Under the pieces are notes generated by a model that was given only the letters and a program-made list of their open reading frames with translations, was not told where the DNA came from and made no database searches. A program made the position numbers and the translations under genes. Shown here in pieces: positions 27,723 to 42,299 of a DNA stretch of 64,000 nucleotides (the first letter of the stretch is position 1; each line of letters starts with the position of its first letter). Source of the stretch: Eledone cirrhosa (taxonomy: Eukaryota). The DNA is taken from positions 424,700,001 to 424,764,000 of the forward strand of contig OZ024740.1 of NCBI GenBank assembly GCA_964016885.1, in the 5' to 3' direction.

Positions 27723-27763
27723 TATTTGATCACATGAATGTCTATATTTATTACTATTTTGAA

Positions 27764-27835
<72 letters not shown>

Positions 27836-27850
27836 TATATATATACACAT

Positions 27851-27893
<43 letters not shown>

Positions 27894-28109
27894 TGTATTC
27901 GTGGACTGGGTCTAAAAATATTGGTTGCCAGGAGACAAAGGGGCCCACACACAACTACAATACTATTATTTAATTTTTATATCGAACAAATAAAAATGTT
28001 TAAACTCCTCTCTATTCCTGTGTATGTAATTGAGCGTAAAATTGTAAAGTAAAAATACGGATTATAGAACATATTAAACATTTCTTAAACATATATGTAT
28101 ATATGTGTG

Positions 28110-28176
<67 letters not shown>

Positions 28177-29416
28177 GATCATGATGATGGCTGCAACAAA
28201 ATTTCGAGTAACACCATCGCTTGATACTTAAGCATGAGCATCATGGAAGTGGGTTTTTAGTCCTGCTGGGGACTTGCCTATGGCCAACAATGCCATATAT
28301 AGGAAGCGATGCCTGTGCTTGAAGCTTTTTAAGTGAGGAAAGGCTTTGCACGGGGTCAATTCCACTCTCTCATCATCGAATGCATTTACCCCAAAAGAAG
28401 AACTGGTCTACATCATTGAATGCAACCGAAGTCGCAGGTTTTATATCAGAGTGACCTTCTCCTAGAGAGATGTTTCAATGAAGACTTGCAGTCTCTCGCT
28501 ACACAAAAAGAAAAAAAAAATTTTTTTTATATGACCGTTGACTCTTCTGAGTTCCTCCGTCCTCTGACGGGTTTTCTTTTTCATCCAGTAGGGTATCCAA
28601 AATCACCCGCCTCACCTGTTAAGTTATATTACTGTTGTTGTTGGACGTTCGTCTGCTCTGATGATGAGTGTTCCATTTATTTGGAACAGCCCGGCCGTGA
28701 AATTAATATGTCTGGCTAAACATTCAATAACCCGTTAATGTAATTCTTAAGGATATTCAGCATGACAAAGTGACAAACCTGACCCTCGGAATCCAGTTGA
28801 GTGGACAAGAGCAACATAAAATAAAGTCTCTTGGTCAAGGTAAAAAAATGAACCCTAAACACAAATTCCACTCTTTCATTTATAATACATTACTACATCT
28901 CTCCTTCAAATTAGAAATATGGTAACAAAAAAGACTAAACTATCATACTTGTTTAAATATTCTGCCCCAGAGATATCATACACACATACACACACACCCG
29001 AGGCGAGCGGGGTACGGTCCAGCGAAGCCAAAGGACTTTCGAGTTAGACAAAATCAACGCCGAGGCGAGCGGGGTACGAACAATGATTAGCAAAATGAGA
29101 AACACAATTCTTCTTCTTTCGGGCGAGATTGAACTCTGAATAGTGTTTGCTATTTAAAACTAGCAGTTATAGAATTATATCAACACCGATATTCTAAGCA
29201 TTCATCTTTGAAACATTTATCGTCTTTGCTGCTTTACTGATTCCTTAAATATCTATATAACACCCTTCCATACCAGCTTCTTTTATCCTATCAATTACCA
29301 GACACTACTTTTAAATTATTTATTTTCATACTTTCTCCTACAAACAACTAAGGAAGCTATAGCCCAGACACACAGCTAGAACTTCCGAGGTGAGCGGGGC
29401 TGTGTCTTCTACATTC

Positions 29417-30138
29417 GAAGAAGAAGAAGAAGAAGAAGAAGAAGAAGAAGAAGAAGAAGAAGAAGAAGAAGAAGAAGAAGAATAAGAAAGAGAAGAAGAA
29501 GAAAGAGAAGAAGAAGAAGACGAAGAAGAAGAAGAAGAAGAAGAAGAAGAAGAAGAAGAAAGAGAAGAAGAAAGAGAAGAAAAAGAAGAAGAAGAAGAAG
29601 AAGAAGAAGAAGAAGAAGAAGAAGAAGAAGAAAGAGAAGAAGAAGAAAGAGAAGAAGAAGAAAGAGAAGAAGAAGAAGAAAGAGAAGAAGAAGAAGAAGA
29701 AGAAGAAGAAGAAGAAGAAGAAAAAGAAGAAGAAGAAGAAGAAGAAGAAGAAGAAGAAAGAGAAGAAGAAGAAAGAGAAGAAGAAGAAGAAGAAGAAGAA
29801 GAAGAAAGAGAAGAAAAAGAAGAAGGAGAAGAAGAAGAAGAAGAAGAAGAAGAAGAAGAAGAAGAAGAAGGAGAAGAAGAAGAAAGAGAAGAAAAAGAAG
29901 AAAGAGAAGAAGAAGAAGAAGAAGAAGAAGAAGGAGAAGAAGAAGAAAGAGAAGAAAAAGAAGAAGGAGAAGAAGAAGAAGAAGAAGAAGAAAGAGAAGA
30001 AGAAGAAAGAGAAGAAAAAGAAGAAAAAGAAGAAGGAGAAGAAGAAGAAGAAGAAGAAGAAAGAGAAGAAGAAGAAAGAGAAGAAGAAGAAGAAGAAGAA
30101 GAAGAAGAAGAAGAAGAAGAAGAAGAAGAAGAAGAAGA
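29417..30138. repeat. (GAA)n polypurine tract, ~720 bp
   Basis: Directly visible; almost pure A/G. Confidence 0.98.
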
Positions 30139-30384
30139 TAGAGCGATATCAAACTTAGTACATGATTTCTAATCTATTTATCGACTCGGCAAGATGAAAG
30201 GCACAGCATGGGTGTGAAAGTTTTAGACAGGTTGTAAATAACGCCAGGTATTCTATTGGACGCTCTACCGACTTGTTAACAGACTTATTATATCTAGGAT
30301 TATATTATCTTAGTTGTATCTTCAACTTTTATTTGTTTTAAAGATAAATAATCTAAGGGAATTTGATTGTATATGTAGCTAGAT

Positions 30385-32252
30385 TGATGTGTGTGTATAT
30401 GTGTGTGTGTATGTGTGAGTGTGTATATGTGTGTGTGTGCGCGCATGTGTTTTTGAGTGCATGTGTGTGTATGTCTGTATGGCTGTATGCGTGTGTGTAT
30501 ATATGTGTGTGTGTGTATATATGTGTATATATGTGTATACATATATATGTGTGTATGTATGTGTATATATATGTATATGTACATATATACGTGTGTGTAT
30601 GTGTATATATGTGTATATGTCTATATGTGTGTGTATGTATGTGCATATATATATATGTGTGTATGTATGTGTATGTGTATATATGTGTATATATATATGT
30701 GTGTATGTATGTGTATATATATATGTGTGTATGTATGTGTGTATATATACGTGTGTGCATGTGTATATATATATATGTGTGTGTATGTATGTCTATATAT
30801 ATATATATGTGTATGTATGTGTATATATATACGTGTGTGTATGTATGTGTATATATATGTGTGTGTGTATTTATGTGTATATATATATGTGTGTGTATGT
30901 ATGTGTATATATATACGTGTGTGTTTGTATGTGTGTATATATATGTGTGTGTATGTATGTGTATATATATACGTGTGTATGTATGTGTATATATATACGT
31001 GTGTGTACGTGTATATATGTGTATATATATACGTTGTGTATGTGTATATATGTATATGTATGTCTATGTACCTAGGTAAACTATCTCAACTGGCTGCACT
31101 CCCCAGGAGGTGTCATCTACGTCAAAACATATTTCACAGTTAGATTTGTATTGAATGAGATGAAACACTGATGCTTGTCAATGTTGTGACTAGCGTTTAT
31201 AAATTTACCCAAAACTATTGCCCTCAACAATTGGTGCACCACACTGCACTTACACACCTCTACCTCATGTACAGGTGTGTGTGTGTGCTTCTGTACATGT
31301 GGGCCTGTTTATATGTGTGTATGTATGTATGTGTGCATGTGTATATGTGTGCATGTGTGTATGTGTGTATGTGTGTATGTCTGTAAGTGTGCATGTGTGT
31401 CTGTGTGTATGTGTGTATGTGTGCATGTGTGTATGTGTGTATGTGTGTATGTGTGTATGTGTGTATGTGTGCATCTGTGCATGTGTGTATGTGTGTATGT
31501 GTGCATGTGTGTATGGGTGTATGTGTGTATGTGTGTATGTGTGCATGTGTGTATGTGTATGTGTATATGTATATGTGTGCATGTGTGTGTCTGCATGTGT
31601 GTATGTGTGTATGTGTGCATGTGTGCATGTGTGCATGTGTGTATGTGTGTATGTGTGCATGTTTGTATGTGTGTATGTGTGCATGTGTGTATGTGTGTAT
31701 GTGTGTATGTGTGCATGTGTGTATGTGTGCATGTGTGTATTGTGTATATGTGCATGTATGCATGTGTGCATGTGTGTATCTGTTTATGTGTGTATGTGTG
31801 TATGTGTGCATGTGTGCATGTGTGTATGTGTTTATGTGTGTATATGTGTATGTGTGCATGTGTGCATGTGTGCACGTGTATATGTGTGCATGTGTGTATG
31901 TGTGCATATCTGCATGTGTGTATGTGTGTATGTGTGCCGGTGTGTATGTGTGCATGTGTGCATATGTGCATGTGTGTATATGTGCATGTGTATATGTTTG
32001 TATGTGTGCATGTGTGTATGTGTGTATGTGTGCATGTTTGTATGTGCATGTGTGCATGTGTGTATGTATGCATGTGTGCTTGTGTGCAAGTGTGATTTCA
32101 ACTCGACGTTGAAACCGATACTCCCACATACACACAAACACATACGCACACATACACACATACACACATACACACATACACACATACACACATACACACA
32201 AACACATACGCAAACATACGCACACACACACATATACACACACACACACACG
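30385..32252. repeat. Degenerate (TG/TA/CATG)n low-complexity block (similar blocks at ~170-810, 5290-5900, 6300-6790, 10490-11070, 22270-23290, 35540-36105, 43500-44210, 49140-49800, 56490-56812)
   Basis: Alternating purine-pyrimidine microsatellite; source of most long ORFs in the track. Confidence 0.98.
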
Positions 32253-32323
32253 TGATATACACATGTTCTAAACTATTTGTATGTCTCTAGATTATAACGA
32301 TTACACCCTTCATATGTAGAGAG

Positions 32324-32787
32324 CAGAAGTTCTCAGAGTGGGAGCTACCGGCCCCCGGGGGCGTTGAGAGTCCAGGGGGCGTTAAGAGGGCCCAGGCGGG
32401 AGCTACCAGCCACCCGGGGGGGGGGGGGGTTCAAGGGGTCGTTGAGAGGGTTCAGTAGGGTGTTGGGGCCTAAGGGGCGGTGGGGGGATGCTATGAATTT
32501 ATTATTTATAATATTATTATAGTATTGTATAGAGAAGATATAATAGTATATTAGATATCAAATGATACATATATGTTTATATATATATAGTAAAATAAAA
32601 AATATATAATATTTATTTATACATAGTATATATTATATTATTTATTATATATAAGTTATGATTTTATTTATTATATATTATTTACAGTTTGAGTGTAGAC
32701 AAGTCTCTCTGGAGATAGGGTGGGGTGGCGAGTCCCTGGGGTATTACGTGGCTGTGAGGGGGGGAGGGCAAAGTTTGAGAACCTCTG
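32324..32787. mobile_element. hAT (Charlie-like) MITE
   Basis: TIRs cagaagttctcagagt / agtttgagaacctctg; 8-bp TSD gtagagag / gtatagag. Confidence 0.8.
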
Positions 32788-32886
32788 GTATAGAGCTTGG
32801 AAATGTGTGGTGCTACTTGCACAGACACACACACACACACATATATATATATGTGTGTTTAGGTGTATTATATATAAATATATGTT

Positions 32887-32993
<107 letters not shown>

Positions 32994-32996
32994 AAG

Positions 32997-33027
<31 letters not shown>

Positions 33028-33189
33028 GAAGTTGGAAATAGCACGGAAAATATATTTAAAGGTCTTTTTTCCTTTCTTTGTTTCGTCAAAGTGACATTAT
33101 TGAAAAAATGAGTTGGGCAATTCTTTTAAAAAAGAGTTTTATAATGTATATAAAGTATATAAAGTATATAAAGTATATAAAATATATAA

Positions 33190-33233
33190 AATATAACCGG
33201 TTTCGATGTATTAGTAAAATCTCATCAAATATT
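33190..33233 (-). ncRNA. Type I hammerhead motif, C3U variant
   Basis: Minus strand reads AAUAU uUGAUGA GAU (11 nt) AUC GAA ACCGGU U AUAUU, with palindromic stem III ACCGGU. Confidence 0.6.
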
Positions 33234-33540
33234 GAGTATTACAATTAAAAAGAATTAATAGGAATTAAAAACTAAAAATTAAAGATTTACAATTAAGTTT
33301 TGAGGTACGCTTTTTTCATGGAAAATGAACTTTTTGTTTATATAGAGAGAGGTGTAGTCATGGTAGTAGTAGCAGCAGTGGTGGTAGGTGTGTTTTCTCA
33401 CATAGAACAATATATATATATATTGAAAACATGACTATGTTCCAGTTTAGTTAATTTTAGGGAGTTTCCGAGTTACCTTATTAGTTCCTGATGCTTAGTT
33501 TGAACCAATAGCTTTGCTATATCCATGCATATAACAATAC

Positions 33541-33803
33541 TGCGAAGCTTTAACAACTCAACTTCAGAATCAGATTGGTTATACTAGCGGAGAATTGGTC
33601 ACGTGCTAAGCAATGGTCGTAAAGTATGGTGGTATAGTAGGAGATAGTGGACACCTCATTTAGAATTTCTCAACGGTTCCAAAATGGCGGTTATTCTAAT
33701 TAAATCAGGTATCCGCCATCTCCTTCTGTTTCCATCATACTTTACGATCACTGGTGGCTACGTGACCAATAGGATTCTGAAGATGGAGCCGTGAAAGCTT
33801 GGA
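33541..33803. mobile_element. Degenerate MITE-like inverted repeat
   Basis: attggtcacgt...tcgtaaagtatg / catactttacga...acgtgaccaat and cttcagaatc / gattctgaag. Confidence 0.55.
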
Positions 33804-33943
33804 AATGTTTATATACACATTAGCTAGGATATACACACATACAGACTATTAATAAGGGTCTCGAAACACCCTTACTTGAGATGATCAAACAGGAGCAAAG
33901 TTGGGTTTTCAATATAACATGTTTGAAATAAAGTTGTTTCCTG

Positions 33944-34069
<126 letters not shown>

Positions 34070-35958
34070 CAAGGAAGCAAAAATACAAAGTCTCATTAGG
34101 ATGCCTATGTAGTGAGCCTTGTTACCTGAAGTTTCCCCGTGCACACTCAGTATCATCAAACAAGATAATCCTGTGTGCACAGGTGAAAATCCAGAGAAAC
34201 AAGACTCTACTTAGCCATAATATATGAATATTTAAACTCTCCTTCGGTGTTGAGTACTCTTTTCCGTCAACCACACACACACGCACACAGACACACACTC
34301 ACACACACACATATATATGATGGATTCTCTCGTCGATTTCGACGTATGAGGATCCAAACAAGAAATTCGTTTCATTCCGCCTGGATGTTTACACCTGACT
34401 TAACATTTTAGACTTGCCAAGGTTTTGCAAGCAAGTCCACGTGCAAGGGTGAGGTTTACTGTATAATGTTGCTGGTATGTTTGATAATGCTTTTCTCCTC
34501 TCTCATGCTAATTAAAGCCTATGGATACAACCATTTGTAGTCAGGTTAACACTAGATTCAAAATGCGCCTGGATTGGCCCGTTATTTTCCAGTAACCCCC
34601 GAAGGAATTATAAGGGTACCATAGTGAAATACGGCATTTCTTGGGCATTTTAAAGCCTGGAAGAGCCCATCCATCTCCAGGTTTGAACATAGAAGATTTC
34701 TTCCAAAGAAGGATAGAGAATAACGGAGAGAAAGTGAGAAATAGTTATAGAGGAAGAATTGATCCCAGTACTAGACTGGTACTTTCTTTATCAACCTCGA
34801 ATTGATAAAGGGCAACGTTGAACTCTTGATTACTCGGCTTTATATATGATTCCCTAACGATCATTACACAAGTGAGACGACGTTTCAGTTTAAATTTACT
34901 TGGACATTAAATATTTTGCTGGAGAACTTGACGACGGGATATATATCGTTTTACACAAGTGTTTTAATACATATAGTAATAGACCTAATTAACATACCTA
35001 CAGCAGAGCTAACATTTATGGACACACAGACACATACAACCCCCCCCCCCCCCCCACACACACACACAGATATATATATATAAACACACACACATGGAAG
35101 TACACATTAACTATACCAGATTACGTAACATACACATGCATGCATAGACACACGCTCTACTACACTCACACTCACACACACATATATATACATAAGTATA
35201 TGTATATGTTTATGCATATTACATACTTAGTAGAATAGGTTATTTGGTGTGATATCTCTATATATAAGACTGTAGTTGTCTGTGTGTGTGTCCTCATTTA
35301 TACAAAGTCTATACAAATCCACATTTCTACTCCGAGTGTCTTCAAACTTGCATTTATATATTCCTTGCGGTCTAAAGATACTAACTGCAGATTTATTTTT
35401 CAATTTTCTGTTGTTAAAGAGGAGTTAGGCGCCGGTTATCGATCTCCGCCGAGCCCTTATAATATCTGTCTGTATGTCTGGCTGTCTGCATAACGACATT
35501 ATGACGAACACGTCATTGCTGACGTATTATCTTCGCTACATTTACACACACACGCACGCACGCGCGCACACACACATACACACACATATACTTATATATA
35601 CTTATATATACATATATATATATATATACACACATATATACATATACACACACATATATACACATATACATATATATATATACATATACAAACACATACA
35701 TATATATATATACACATACATATATATAAATATACACATACAAATATATGTATACACAGACACATACACATACACACACATATACTTATATATATATATA
35801 CACATATATACATATACACACACATATATACACATACATATATATATATATATACATATACAAACACATATACATATATATATATATACACATATACATA
35901 TATATAAATATACACATACAAATATATGTATACACAGACACATACACACACACACACA

Positions 35959-36008
<50 letters not shown>

Positions 36009-36743
36009 TACATACATACACACACACATATATATATATGCATACATACACACACATATATATATATGTATCTGTGTTTATATATACTTATATATATATA
36101 TACATTGTAGGTCGCTTTAACCCGTCTTTTTTTATTCAAAAAACTTCTTGCCAATAAACATTAACCCTTTGTGCGCCATTCATCTAACTGTAGACCAACA
36201 AATACCAACTAAACGGGACGTTGACAAGAACGATGGCGAATGAATCTTCGAGGAAGCAGTTTTCTCCCGAGCTGTTAGTTCACGCGGGATTCTCTGCTAC
36301 ACCTTTTCGTAATAATACCGAACAACGTACTGCTGGTCACTCCTTCCTCCAAAACCCGTACAAAGCGGACATGTGCATCGGGTAGATGGATCGGGTGCAA
36401 ATCTACACCAGACCTACGCGAGAAATTGACAAGGGACTGCACCGAGAAGGATAGAGAGAAAGAGTAACTTAGTGGAAAGAGTGCGAATGAACTTTTAAGG
36501 TAAGTAGCCTAGGCCTTACTGCTATGACACTGGAACCTTCTGCCAACTGAACCTGTGACTTTCTCTTTCACATTTACTCCAAAAGGCCAAAACAGAGTAC
36601 TGTGAAAAGAAGGGACTCAACAATATTTCTTTGAACAATGCACGTAGACAGCTAAACTGTACTTTTAACTTCTTAATTTCTCCAAATAAAAGGTACTCAC
36701 AAATAAACGTTTCTCATTGGAGGTGCTATTACAAATGTTCTTA

Positions 36744-36770
36744 CCCGTGCAACGCCGGGATACACTGCTA

Positions 36771-36771
<1 letters not shown>
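36744..36771 (+). mobile_element. Helitron 3' terminus
   Basis: cccgtgc-aac-gccggg hairpin followed by CTAG|T; 5' end not located. Confidence 0.65.
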
Positions 36772-36826
<55 letters not shown>

Positions 36827-36947
36827 TTCAAAATGACAAACAAACAAACGCAGGAATCATATATATATATATATACACAGGTTATGTCATAGTACCTAGG
36901 TGGTTCAATGCAGGAGGATGCAGAACAATAATATAAAAAACGTTAAA

Positions 36948-36979
<32 letters not shown>

Positions 36980-37404
36980 TTTAATTTAACTTACTTAAAT
37001 TTTCACTCCAACTAATTAGTTTCTGCAATGGGATAAAGACAGTTACGTAATGAACTGTTGAGAATTTCATTGCGTCATCTGAAGACAGCATATATATGTG
37101 TAGGTATGTATATTTTCTCTGATAGTTTGTAATATTTTTACATATATCTATATGATATACATACTAACACACATATATATCCTAGAAACGATCGTAAAAT
37201 TATGAATTGTTTAATATAAGGAACTTGTTCTTTGTTTTTATTCATTGTTTTTATTAATTTATCTTGACTGTTTTTCCTATGATTTTCATCGAAAATTTTT
37301 GAATGCATCTTCTCTTTTCATGATATTTGGATTACATTGAGTTCTTCATACGGATTGGACACTACCGTATATTTTGGTAGATTTATCTACATATATATAC
37401 ATGC

Positions 37405-37460
<56 letters not shown>

Positions 37461-37464
<4 letters not shown>

Positions 37465-37978
37465 GGAAAAAATGAAACGAAATTTCATTTCCCACTCTTA
37501 GTACGGCTGTTACTTAAATATAAGTATGTACACGCACATACATATATGTATACAGACGTACAGTAGTATGTATATATATAAACATATATGCACACATATA
37601 TATATGTACGTATGGATTCACAGAACATTTATTATAATGCTCGGTGTGTTTGTAAACAAACATCCCGTATTAAGCCGTAGTGTCTAGCAACCATCGTTGC
37701 TCTTTTGTTCAACACTGACAAAGGAACGCTGTACTAGTTTCAAGCTTATTAGCTATCGTCAGCAACGTATACCTTCCTGCCAGATTGTTGAACGTATATA
37801 CTTACCTTATGCATATTAACGGCTGAGTAGCCCAATTTGCATATCGAGTGGGTTAATCGGCCGGGTGCACCGAAAACGATAAACGGAAAAAAATGAAACG
37901 AAATTTCATTTCCCACTCTTAGTACGGCTGTTACTTAAATATAATAAATGTTCGGTGAATCCATACGTACATATATAT
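37461..37978 (-). mobile_element. Family D element, more than one monomer, plus short inverted piece
   Basis: aaacggaaaa recurs at 37461 and 37881 (period 420); preceded by (TA)n. Confidence 0.85.
37707..37793 (-). ncRNA. Type I hammerhead ribozyme, family D
   Basis: Same motif as 9102-9188. Confidence 0.85.
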
Positions 37979-38022
37979 GGTTAAACCATTAACCGCAGAG
38001 CCATATATATATATATATATAT

Positions 38023-38112
<90 letters not shown>

Positions 38113-40244
38113 ACATATTTATATATATATATATATGTATGTGTTGCTCGAGAAAGAACTGACTCGGTGGAGAATTTCTTGGAAAAGTTTATGGTTAATG
38201 CTGGACAGAAAGATTATTTTGAAATACGACATTTATATACTTTGTGTGAGCATGTGTGTGTGTGAGCATGTGTGTGTGTGTGAGTATGTATGTGGTGTGT
38301 GTGAGCATGTGTGTGTGTGTGTGAGCATGTGTGTGTGTGAGCATGTGTGTGTGTGTGAGAGCATGTGTATGTGTGAGCATGTGTGTGTGAGCATGTGTGT
38401 GTGAGCATGTGTGTGTGTGTGAGAACATCTTTGTCTATGTGATCATGTGTGTATGTATGTATGTGAGCGCATGTGTGTGTATGTGGGGGGGGGGGGGGTA
38501 TTTGTGTGCCTGTGTCCGTATACGTATTTTTTGTCAGTAACGTAGCGGTTCGGCAATTAGAGAACGATAAAATAAATGCTTTGATTCATATCTTTTGATT
38601 TCCTGATTCTATGTTTATGAAAATAAATGAAAGAGAATTAAAGGTGATTGAAAAAATATGTAAAATGTGAATAGTTTGGTCGTCAGTCGTTTCTAACGAA
38701 TGATTTTGTTGGTTCGATCAACGTAACAACCAACTCATGGAATTAAGTGGTTAAGTATTCGACAGACACTCGTAACTTTAACCTAGTTCTTGGACAGATT
38801 CGGTGTGTAAGAATGCTGACCATTTGAATAACAGGTACAGTCTAACAGACTGGATTGGAGCAACATGAAATAAAGTGTTTTGCTGGAGGACACAACTCTA
38901 TGGAGTTATGTCGAGTAGGTGATATCACGTGTTGGATAGATCCACCTATTAGCTGAGTCCATTATGGAGAGCACCCCCACCATCTTCATTTATCAAGAGA
39001 ATGTAAGTAGTTGTTATCGCTATGGTGGCCATAGCGATCCCAAAGCATTACTAGTACTGCTAAAATCCTACACGATATATTGAGGCTCTGAGATCAGGGA
39101 CTGGTCTAAGGTCAAGCAACATGCTGCACCTAGCACCCGATTACTAGAGAACCCTTACAAAGGGAAACACTAGTATTATTTATATTATTGTTATTATTGT
39201 TATTATTATTGTTACTACTATTATTATATTTTTCCCAGTTCAATCTGTAATATTATGATAACAAACGATGTTATGTTTATTTTATGACACTCACTTATAT
39301 GTTTGATAAAGTTTAATTCGGTGCATTCTACTGTTATTCTAGAAGGTATTGTGTGTGGGTGGGTTGGGGGTGGAGGTGGGTGTTCTAACGGTGGGGGTGG
39401 TGTAGTAGTGGTGATGGTAGATTTAATAGTAAATCATTCAAACACACACACGCATTTTATCTTGGTCTGATATTTTATTGTAAAATCAACAATAAATATT
39501 TTTAACCTTTAACCAGTAATCCCGCCGAGGTTAGCTTTGCCTTTCATCCTTATGGGGTCGATAAAGTAATGTACCAGTAATGTACTGGGGTACTTAATCG
39601 ACTTCCCCTCCCCCCAAAATTGTTGGTCTTGGGCCTAAATCAGAAACCATTATTTATCGTATTACCAATTTTAGACAGTGGCTGACTCATTAGAACGTCG
39701 GATAGGAAGATTTGCGGTATTAGTTTGAGTTCTCTGTTGTCTGGGTTCAAATCCCGCCGAGATCAACTTTGCCTTTCTTCCATTCGAGGTCGATAAAAAT
39801 GTACCAGTCACGTACTGTGGTCAATTCTTCTTCTATATCTCTTTCTCACTTCCATTCTCTCTCCCACTTTCTATTCTTCTCTGGAAGAAATATGTTGTAT
39901 TACGGGACAATGCATGTTTACCTTTCATCCATTCGAAGTCGATAAAAAAGTATCAGTACTGGGTCGATTTTTCCTCTAATATCTTTTTCTCGCTTCCTTT
40001 CTCTCACTCTGGAAGAAATCTGCTGAATTCAGCCCTGGAGAAGAGATAGGCTACATGCCGTTTAAAACTGCTCTAGAAAAGCCGTATGTTAATATGGCGT
40101 CCCTACGGCTCCACCAAGAGTTAAGGGACCATACATGTATCCATTATGTTACAAATTTCTATTATTTTATGTTTATGTATTTTACAGAGTAAATAACATT
40201 GTGAATTCTCTCTCGTATTTGTGTTTTATCGCATCTGATACACT

Positions 40245-40449
40245 ATACAGGAGTTGACAGAAAGGTTCATAGGCTGACGTAGATACTCTCATGGAATGAC
40301 CAAATGAGGTTTATTTTTCAACACAGTCGCTGGAAAGAGACAAGACAGTTATTAGTAAGAAGTATCAAAATTAATGCATAAAAGATTTCACAGCTCTAGC
40401 ATCATTTTTTCATAGTCAGCCTATAAACCTTTCAACCCGCCCTCGCATA
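40245..40449. mobile_element. Tc1/mariner-like MITE (partial second copy ~50205-50450)
   Basis: Imperfect TIRs gaaaggttcataggctgac / gtcagcctataaacctttc with TA at the ends. Confidence 0.65.
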
Positions 40450-40509
40450 TGTTATCACATCAAATACACTCTATATTATATTCTATAAACAATATTATAT
40501 TTTTTATCG

Positions 40510-40897
40510 CATGCCCAAATGATGTTAGCATCACCTTTAATGCACACCCAAGATTTGGGCCCTGTGCTATCCGCCCACGACTAAAATCTCACTCGCATCT
40601 CATAACAACAATACGGCACAATTATTTCACCTCAATTGGCCCGGCTCTCTTTAACATTACACCAAAACACATCAAAGCAGAGACAGACCCCATCAAGTTC
40701 AAAAAGTCTTTGGATAAATTCCTTCAAGAAATCCCGGATAAGCCTCCTACACCCGGATATACCTCCGTAAACAATAACTCTCTGCTCCAGTGGGCCATGG
40801 TGCCCAAACCCTGATTTGTAAGACTTTGCCAGGTGGTGCTATTAAGTTAGACATGGCCTGGGCCAATACTGGCCGAAACCTATCAAAGTTATCAAAG
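40510..40897 (+). mobile_element. CR1-group LINE 3' end (truncated)
   Basis: YFTSIGPALFNITPKHIK...FKKSLDKFLQEIPDKPPTPGY...NSLLQW; 3' stem-loop ggcca-atac-tggcc and short tatcaaag repeats. Confidence 0.75.
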
Positions 40898-41447
40898 CTA
40901 ACAAACATTATGTATATTCCTCTTAGAACAAACATTGTGTATTGTTGTCGTATTACCTATATTGAATATATATTATCAATATTGGAAAGACGGTATCTTT
41001 GATTTGATGTAGCAATCGGTCCCTATATATACAGATATATATATATGCATACATATGTACACACATACAGACACATATATATATATAAAGAGAGAGAGAA
41101 GGAGAGAGAGCGAAAGAGAGCTATGGGTGGATTATAAATGAGTATCGGTAGGTGACAACAATAAAATAAAAAGGTAGTAGAATACAGGCCTCTTTATTTA
41201 ATATTGAAACCACTTCTACGGGACTAAAACTGTTTCATTCGGTATGAAATCCTCAGGAAAATCTGACGATTTCATACGAATGAAACAGTTCTCGTCCCGT
41301 AGAAGTGATTTCTATATAAAACACATTTTTTTCCTGTTTCCATCCGATTCTTACTCTCGTCTATCTCTTTTTCTCTCTTTTTCTATTTTCCGATAAAGGA
41401 CTAATATCCAAATTGTTCAAACTCTTTCCCTTTATCAAACGTTTCAA

Positions 41448-41484
<37 letters not shown>

Positions 41485-41657
41485 AGGGCATATTATAGCA
41501 TTTTAAAGGGTCCGTCGAGCTGCCTATCATTGAGTCGGGTAGTATCGATACAGATCGAACCTTGGACGAAACGTGCATCACCTACCAATAAATGTAATGA
41601 AGGAGTAACCAATCGTCCTTGTTATCCTTTCAATATATATATATATATGTATATATG

Positions 41658-41701
<44 letters not shown>

Positions 41702-42217
41702 AAGAATTAATATCTAGTAACATATATATACATACAGATGCATATCAATGCTAGCAAATATATAGGTTTTGTCTTAGTAACTTTGTGGTTCAATGCATGG
41801 GGTTGCAGAACAATAATTGTTTCTAATTTAGGCACAAGGCCAGCAAATACCCAGTGCATTACTGGTACTTTATTTTATCGACCCCGTAAGGATGAAAGGC
41901 AAAGTCAACCTCGGCGGGATTTGAACTCAGATCGTAAAGGAACGTAACTATGCTGGAAAGCATTGCGTCCGACCCTCTACCGATACTGCCAATCCACGAG
42001 AGTCCACGCGTTGCTATTTTCTATCCACTGAATTATTTTTGAATAAGTTTCCAGAGTCCCCGCTTTGCCTGGATACTTAGATGAGAATAGTCTTCCCTGA
42101 CGACGAAATGATTCTCAATGTTTTCTTCGGAAAATATATTTATTCCATTTCAGAAACTAATTAGTTGGAAGTGATATTTTAGTAAGTAAGTTAATTTTAT
42201 AATTTTCTTATTTTACG

Positions 42218-42270
<53 letters not shown>

Positions 42271-42299
42271 AATTTTAGTACACCATTAACGAAGCTTTA

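Noticed and set aside
28658-28715. CUGAUGA...GAAAUUAAUA hammerhead-like string
   Set aside because: No stem I pairing, and the region resembles a SINE body fragment.
29409-30152. 247-aa poly-Leu/Phe ORF
   Set aside because: Antisense of the (GAA)n tract.
33777-33806. CUGAAGA...GAAAGCUU motif
   Set aside because: Stems I and II are too weak, and it lies in a MITE-like terminal repeat; likely chance.
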